Assembly: GCA_043816185.1 (NCBI GenBank)
Contig: JBDRIG010000078.1
Span: 1-11,323, forward strand
DNA: 11,323 bases
Origin: Elusimicrobiota bacterium
Lineage (GTDB): Bacteria > Elusimicrobiota > UBA8919
Reading direction: 5' to 3'
In this document: piece after piece, positions 6,665 to 11,323 of the stretch
Layout of the letters: every line of letters starts with the position of its first letter
How positions within the stretch are numbered: the stretch's first letter is position 1
Program-made: the position numbers and the translations under genes
Notes under the pieces: generated by a model
Seen by the model: only the letters and a program-made list of their open reading frames with translations
What the model was told of the DNA's origin: nothing
Databases searched by the model: none

Positions 6665-8234
6665 AAGATTTTTTTACAAATTCAGCAAACAGTGGATGTG
6701 GATTCAAAGGCCTGGACTTAAATTCTGGATGAAACTGCGTGCCCACAAACCACGGATGATCTTTTAATTCTACTATTTCTACATAATTTTTATACTCACC
6801 CGCAATAATCAATCCTTTGGATTTAAATAATTTAGAGTACTTTTTATTAAATTCATAACGATGCCTATGTCGTTCGGAGATATTTTCTGTTTTATATGCA
6901 GCATCTGAAAATGTATCTTTTTTTAAATTACAAGGGTAGCTTCCAAGCCGCATCGTTCCACCTTTGGTTTTTATTTTTTTCTGTTCAGAAAGAATATCTA
7001 TCACTGGATAAGGCGTTTTGGGATTAAATTCAGAACTGTTCGCATCTTTTAATCCGCACACATTTCTTGCAAATTCTATTACCGCACATTGCATTCCCAA
7101 ACATATACCGAAAAATGGTATTCGATTTTTTCTTGCAAATTCCACAACTTTTATTTTACCTTCTATTCCTCTTTCACCAAATCCACCAGGTAAAAGTAAA
7201 CCATTTACCAGCTTCAATTCATTGTCTAAATTTTTACTTTCTACGTCTATATATCTTATTTTTACATTGACTTTATTTTTATACCCTGCATGTAGTATCG
7301 CAGCGTATATACTTTTATAGGCGTCCTTCAAAGCAGTGTATTTTCCACAAACACCTATCTCAACCTCTTCTGTAAAACTTTTTATTTTTTTAGCCATTCT
7401 TTCCCAATCCACTAAATTCTCTTTCTTTGAATGTAAACCTAAATATTTAATTATAATCTTATCCAATTTTTCTTGTTTTAATAATAATGGAATAGAGTAA
7501 ATATGTCCGGCACCTACATCTATTTCTTCTATGACCGCTTCCCTAACAACATTACAAAAAAGCGATAATTTATTTTTTATATCCTCTGTTAATATTTTTT
7601 CAGTTCTTATTACTATAATATCTGGCTGAATACCTATCTCTCTTAATTTACCAACAGAATGCTGTGCTGGTTTGGTTTTCAATTCCTCAGCCGCTTTAAT
7701 ATATGGTGCCAACGCTAAGTGAACATACAAAACATTTCTTTTGCCTTCTTCAAGCCCGAATTGTCTTATCGCTTCTAAAAACGGCAAGCCTTCTATATCG
7801 CCAACTGTGCCACCAAGTTCAATTATAACAACTTCAGCCCCTACGCCTACTTTTTTTATTCTCGATTTTATTTCGTCAGTGATATGTGGAATTACCTGAA
7901 TTGTTTTGCCAAGATAATTGCCATTTCTTTCATTTTTTAATACTGTTTCGTAAATCTGGCCTGCCGTTACATTATTTATTCTTGACATATTTATATCCAA
8001 GAATCTTTCATAATAACCTAAATCCAAATCTGTTTCCGCACCATCTTCCGTTACAAACACTTCACCATGCTGATAAGGACTCATCGTTCCAGGATCTATA
8101 TTCAAGTATGGGTCAAACTTTAGGACATTTACTTTTAGCCCTCTACTTTTTAAAAGTAATCCTATAGAGCCTGTTGTTATTCCCTTGCCTAATGAAGATA
8201 CAACGCCACCTGTAACAAAAATATATTTACACAT
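6648..8234 (-). CDS. pyrG: CTP synthase
   Basis: Motifs KYIFVTGGVVSSLGKG, DPYLNIDPGTMSPYQHGEV, GGTVGDIE, KTKPAQHSV, GICLGMQ, ERHRHRYE, QFHPEF. Confidence 0.99.
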   Translation of the reverse strand: MCKYIFVTGGVVSSLGKGITTGSIGLLLKSRGLKVNVLKFDPYLNIDPGTMSPYQHGEVFVTEDGAETDLDLGYYERFLDINMSRINNVTAGQIYETVLKNERNGNYLGKTIQVIPHITDEIKSRIKKVGVGAEVVIIELGGTVGDIEGLPFLEAIRQFGLEEGKRNVLYVHLALAPYIKAAEELKTKPAQHSVGKLREIGIQPDIIVIRTEKILTEDIKNKLSLFCNVVREAVIEEIDVGAGHIYSIPLLLKQEKLDKIIIKYLGLHSKKENLVDWERMAKKIKSFTEEVEIGVCGKYTALKDAYKSIYAAILHAGYKNKVNVKIRYIDVESKNLDNELKLVNGLLLPGGFGERGIEGKIKVVEFARKNRIPFFGICLGMQCAVIEFARNVCGLKDANSSEFNPKTPYPVIDILSEQKKIKTKGGTMRLGSYPCNLKKDTFSDAAYKTENISERHRHRYEFNKKYSKLFKSKGLIIAGEYKNYVEIVELKDHPWFVGTQFHPEFKSRPLNPHPLFAEFVKKSYEKKS

Positions 8235-10641
8235 AAATTGTTTTTTGCCAACAATTTTTTAATTCAAAACTGTCGGCATCAATTATTATCTCTCCCTTTA
8301 TATTTTTAATTGTAAGTCGTGGTTTTTTACTCACGACACCAATTTTAGAAAAATTGTTTCCTTTAAATATTCTCTGAAATTGCAACTCTTTTTCTTTTTT
8401 AACCTCAACAATAAACCTGCTTGAAGACTCTGAAAAAAGCAAAAGATTATCTATATATTGATGTGACAATGTATCGATATGATGATATGGAACTTTTTTT
8501 AAATCAATCTCTGCACCCAACCCACCTGAAAAACACATCTCAGTTATACAAACTGCAATGCCACCGTCTGAACAATCATGGCAAGAAGCGACGGTTTCTT
8601 GCTCAATAGCTTTTTGCATTGCGAGCATTTGTTTTTTTGAATTTTTAAGTACAATTTTTGGAGGATATTCATCGTCGGTTGCACCAACAATGTAGATTAA
8701 ATTATCTGATGTTTTCAAATCTAATGTCATACATTTTCTAATATCTTTCACTACTGAAATAGCGGAAATTAAAAGTGTATGTGGTATAGAAATTGTTTTG
8801 CCACTATCTAATAAATATTTATTATTGAAACTATCTTTACCTGAAATGAAAGGCGTTGAAAATGCTTTTGCAGCATCATAACAACCTTCTGATGCTCGAA
8901 CAAGTGCGCCGAGATGCTCTGGTTTCTCCGTATCACCCCAACAAAAATTATCCAAAATCGCCGTTCTTGTCAAATCACCGCCTACACAAACCACATTTCT
9001 TAATGCTTCGTCTATTGCACAAATCGCCATTTTATAGGGATCTATTTTGCCATAAAGATTTATGCCATTTGATACAGCAATACCTTTATATGAATCTGGA
9101 ATTGGCTTTATCACAGCAGCATCCGAAGGACCATCATTGTTTTTGCCCACAAGCGGCTTAATAATTGTTTTTGCTTGAACCTCATGATCATACTGTCTTA
9201 CAACCCATTCCTTGGAACATATATTCAACGATGAAAGCAATTTTTTCAACACGTCTAAAGGTTTTCTTACCTGCGCTCTTCCATAAATATTTTTACAAAC
9301 ATGAAAAGATTTTTTAGCTTGATCTTTCCAAACAGCAACCATTTTTTTCTTCGGTAGGCCGTCATGAAGAAAGTTCATATCTAAATCAAGCACTTTATCG
9401 TTTTTGTAAAAACCTTCTAATTTTCCAGAATTTGTGAATTCGCCAAGAATAGTTGCTTCTACATCTTCATCAGAAAATATTTTCAATATCTTTTTTATAT
9501 TTTTTTTGGGTACTGCGAGCACCATTCTTTCCTGTGCCTCCGAAACCCATATTTCCCACGGCTCAAGTCCTTCATATTTAAGTGGTGCTTTATCGAGATA
9601 CACGGTAGCACCATTAGAAAATGTAGCAAGTTCGCCGACTGCGGACGAAAAACCACCAGCACCACAATCAGTAATAGCACGATACAAGTTTTTATCTCTT
9701 GCCTGAAGTATGGTGTCTGCAAGTTTTTTTTCTACTATCGGATTGCCTATTTGAACAACACTTGATGGCACATTTTTATCTAAAGAGGTGGAAGAAAATG
9801 TAGCACCATGAATACCATCTCTACCTGTTCTACCGCCCACAGCAAGTATTAAATCTCCAGAAATAATTTTTTTAACTATTTTATTTTTTGGTAATATCCC
9901 GACGGTACCACAATAAACAATTGGATTATAAAGATACCCGTCGTCAAAAATTATAGATCCATTTGCCGTCGGAATACCCATTTTATTTCCATAATCTCTA
10001 ACTCCAGAAACAACACCTGTAAATACACGTTTCGGATGCAACACACCCTCTGGAAGATTAGTAAGGGGATAATCTAAATTTCCGAAACAGAATATATCTG
10101 TATTCATTATTGGTTTTGCACCTAATCCACAGCCCAATATATCTCTTATAACTCCACCTATGCCTGTCCCAGCACCACCATAAGGTTCTATCGCCGAAGG
10201 ATGGTTATGTGTTTCTACTTTGAATGCAACTGCATTTTCTTTATCAAACTCAATTATGCCTGCGTTATCTTCGAAAACAGATATGCACCATTTTTTATTT
10301 AGTTCTTTTGTCGCCTTAAAAATTGTCTCTTTTAGAAGGTTGTTATAGTTTTTGGTTTTCCGATTTTTAACTGTTTTACTACGGACTTCATCTGTGGTGA
10401 TTCTACTTGACGGCTCCCAACTATATTCTATTTTTGCTGTGAATGTTTTGTGCTTACAGTGTTCCGACCATGTTTGTGCTAATGTTTCAAGTTCGCAATC
10501 GGTTGGCTCTCTTTTAAGAATCTGAAAATATTTTTTGATTGTTTCCATTTCTTCAATGTTTAAAGCAAGTAGCCGCTCTTTGCTAATCTGAAGAAGAGTG
10601 TCATTATTTGCATTAAGTATACTAATATATTTAACTGCCAT
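8227..10641 (-). CDS. purL: FGAM synthase synthetase subunit PurL
   Basis: Motifs WSEHCKHK, KVETHNHPS, GRDGIHGA, DCGAGG, SEAQERM, QYDHEVQ, ISGKDS, HDCSDGG, FSES. Confidence 0.98.
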   Translation of the reverse strand: MAVKYISILNANNDTLLQISKERLLALNIEEMETIKKYFQILKREPTDCELETLAQTWSEHCKHKTFTAKIEYSWEPSSRITTDEVRSKTVKNRKTKNYNNLLKETIFKATKELNKKWCISVFEDNAGIIEFDKENAVAFKVETHNHPSAIEPYGGAGTGIGGVIRDILGCGLGAKPIMNTDIFCFGNLDYPLTNLPEGVLHPKRVFTGVVSGVRDYGNKMGIPTANGSIIFDDGYLYNPIVYCGTVGILPKNKIVKKIISGDLILAVGGRTGRDGIHGATFSSTSLDKNVPSSVVQIGNPIVEKKLADTILQARDKNLYRAITDCGAGGFSSAVGELATFSNGATVYLDKAPLKYEGLEPWEIWVSEAQERMVLAVPKKNIKKILKIFSDEDVEATILGEFTNSGKLEGFYKNDKVLDLDMNFLHDGLPKKKMVAVWKDQAKKSFHVCKNIYGRAQVRKPLDVLKKLLSSLNICSKEWVVRQYDHEVQAKTIIKPLVGKNNDGPSDAAVIKPIPDSYKGIAVSNGINLYGKIDPYKMAICAIDEALRNVVCVGGDLTRTAILDNFCWGDTEKPEHLGALVRASEGCYDAAKAFSTPFISGKDSFNNKYLLDSGKTISIPHTLLISAISVVKDIRKCMTLDLKTSDNLIYIVGATDDEYPPKIVLKNSKKQMLAMQKAIEQETVASCHDCSDGGIAVCITEMCFSGGLGAEIDLKKVPYHHIDTLSHQYIDNLLLFSESSSRFIVEVKKEKELQFQRIFKGNNFSKIGVVSKKPRLTIKNIKGEIIIDADSFELKNCWQKTIYV
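8451..8490. repeat. five-unit degenerate octamer array inside purL
   Basis: CTATATAT TGATGTGA CAATGTAT CGATATGA TGATATGG; encodes PYHHIDTLSHQYI just before LLFSES. Confidence 0.6.
10379..10397 (+). repeat. degenerate TTCA-loop hairpin inside purL
   Basis: CTACGGA-CTTCA-TCTGTGG (7-bp stem with two G-T pairs), within an expanded loop (..RITTDEVRSK..). Confidence 0.4.
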
Positions 10642-11092
10642 AAATTATCCTATATTCTTGAATAAGGGTATTCACGATAGATTTCTCTATTATTATTTTT
10701 ATTTTATTTTCCTGTATTTTACCTTGTAAAAAATATTTTTTACCTGTTTTTATATCTAAATTTTTTTTTATATTTATGTCTTTTATGCCGAGATTGACAG
10801 TTTCTGCTACAGAATCTGTTACTCCATATTTGTAAAATACTTCAACCATGCAACCGTTGTGTTTAGATTCAGAATTTATAAATAAAAGTTGCGTAATAGG
10901 ATCCAAAAGTAGATTTTCACTTATATCTTTTACTTCTTCAAACGAAATATCACCAGTTATTTTATACATCTGTGCAGTTTTTATAGATGAAATTCCCTCA
11001 AAACCCAGATTCAAAATATCCTTTTTTATTTTTTCGCCTTCCGCATCAAAAATGTTATCTTTATATTTTATTAAAATTTTATATTCGGACAC
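10631..11092 (-). CDS. purS: FGAM synthase PurS subunit with two tandem PurS domains
   Basis: Two PurS-like halves (KDNIFDAEG...LLLDPITQ; KYGVTDSVA...IVNTLIQEY). GTG at 11092 is preceded by AAGGAG (153 aa); the stop overlaps the purL start by 11 nt. Confidence 0.88.
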   Translation of the reverse strand: MSEYKILIKYKDNIFDAEGEKIKKDILNLGFEGISSIKTAQMYKITGDISFEEVKDISENLLLDPITQLLFINSESKHNGCMVEVFYKYGVTDSVAETVNLGIKDINIKKNLDIKTGKKYFLQGKIQENKIKIIIEKSIVNTLIQEYRIIYGS

Positions 11093-11154
11093 ACAGTCTC
11101 CTTTTTTCATTTTCTTCCTCATCGTAGAGCGAAGCAAGAAATTTCTGCAGAGCC

Positions 11155-11178
11155 TTCCCGATTTATCGGGACACCTTT
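11155..11178. repeat. dispersed palindromic repeat, copy 2
   Basis: TCCCGAT-TT-ATCGGGA with perfect 7-bp arms (11156-11171), followed by CACCTTT. Confidence 0.8.
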
Positions 11179-11190
11179 TTTAATCGCAGA

Positions 11191-11316
11191 GTGAGGGGGT
11201 TGCTGAGAGGAACCTCACGGAGCACCGCATACACTATTATTTTTCACCTTATGACTTTTAGCGGTGCGAGTGAGAGCCCGCCCTCAAAGGCGAGGCGTTT
11301 CCGCGAAGCAATTCCC
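11191..11316. other. GC-rich multi-stem structured element upstream of the operon (REP/MITE-like or ncRNA)
   Basis: Nested complementary segments: 11195-11204/11307-11316, 11209-11216/11292-11302, 11222-11228/11261-11267, 11279-11282/11289-11292. Confidence 0.6.
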
Positions 11317-11323
11317 GAGCGCC

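Noticed and set aside
2224..8490. CRISPR array interpretation of the tandem repeats
   Set aside because: Units are 7-8 nt with no spacers, and no cas genes are present.
11093..11137. Upstream starts for purS
   Set aside because: AAGGAG is properly spaced for GTG 11092, and the upstream codons overlap repeat-like sequence.
663..11183. All plus-strand ORFs in the track, and the short nested minus ORFs (1066-1248, 9495-9722)
   Set aside because: Antisense or out-of-frame shadows of well-conserved enzymes, with no independent coding evidence.
11140..11323. Known riboswitch (purine, ZTP, PRPP/ykkC) or tRNA in the operon leader
   Set aside because: Their conserved sequence cores were not found by eye on either strand; an Infernal scan is needed to be certain.

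Overview
AT-rich bacterial window almost wholly occupied by one minus-strand, tightly packed nucleotide-biosynthesis cluster. In transcription order (right to left): tandem double-domain purS, purL, pyrG, purQ, purF, purD, purE, pyrR, pyrB, then an unknown 4-TM membrane protein. A near-consensus sigma70 promoter and the first two codons of a further gene lie at the left edge. The enzymes are ordinary, but four things stand out. (1) Purine and pyrimidine genes are interleaved, with CTP synthase overlapping both purL and purQ. (2) Several families of tiny repeats (period-7/8 degenerate arrays, GTCATT-type REP/dRS3-like relics, TTCA-loop hairpins, a CCCGATTTATCGGG palindrome) occupy nearly every spacer, and some also sit in frame in variable loops of PurQ, PurD and PurL. 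(3) The left-edge promoter is bracketed by an inverted repeat that would hide the RBS only in read-through transcripts. (4) PyrR has substitutions at RNA-binding positions, and no canonical PyrR attenuator is visible. All gene calls come from motif recognition by eye; no searches or folding computations were run.
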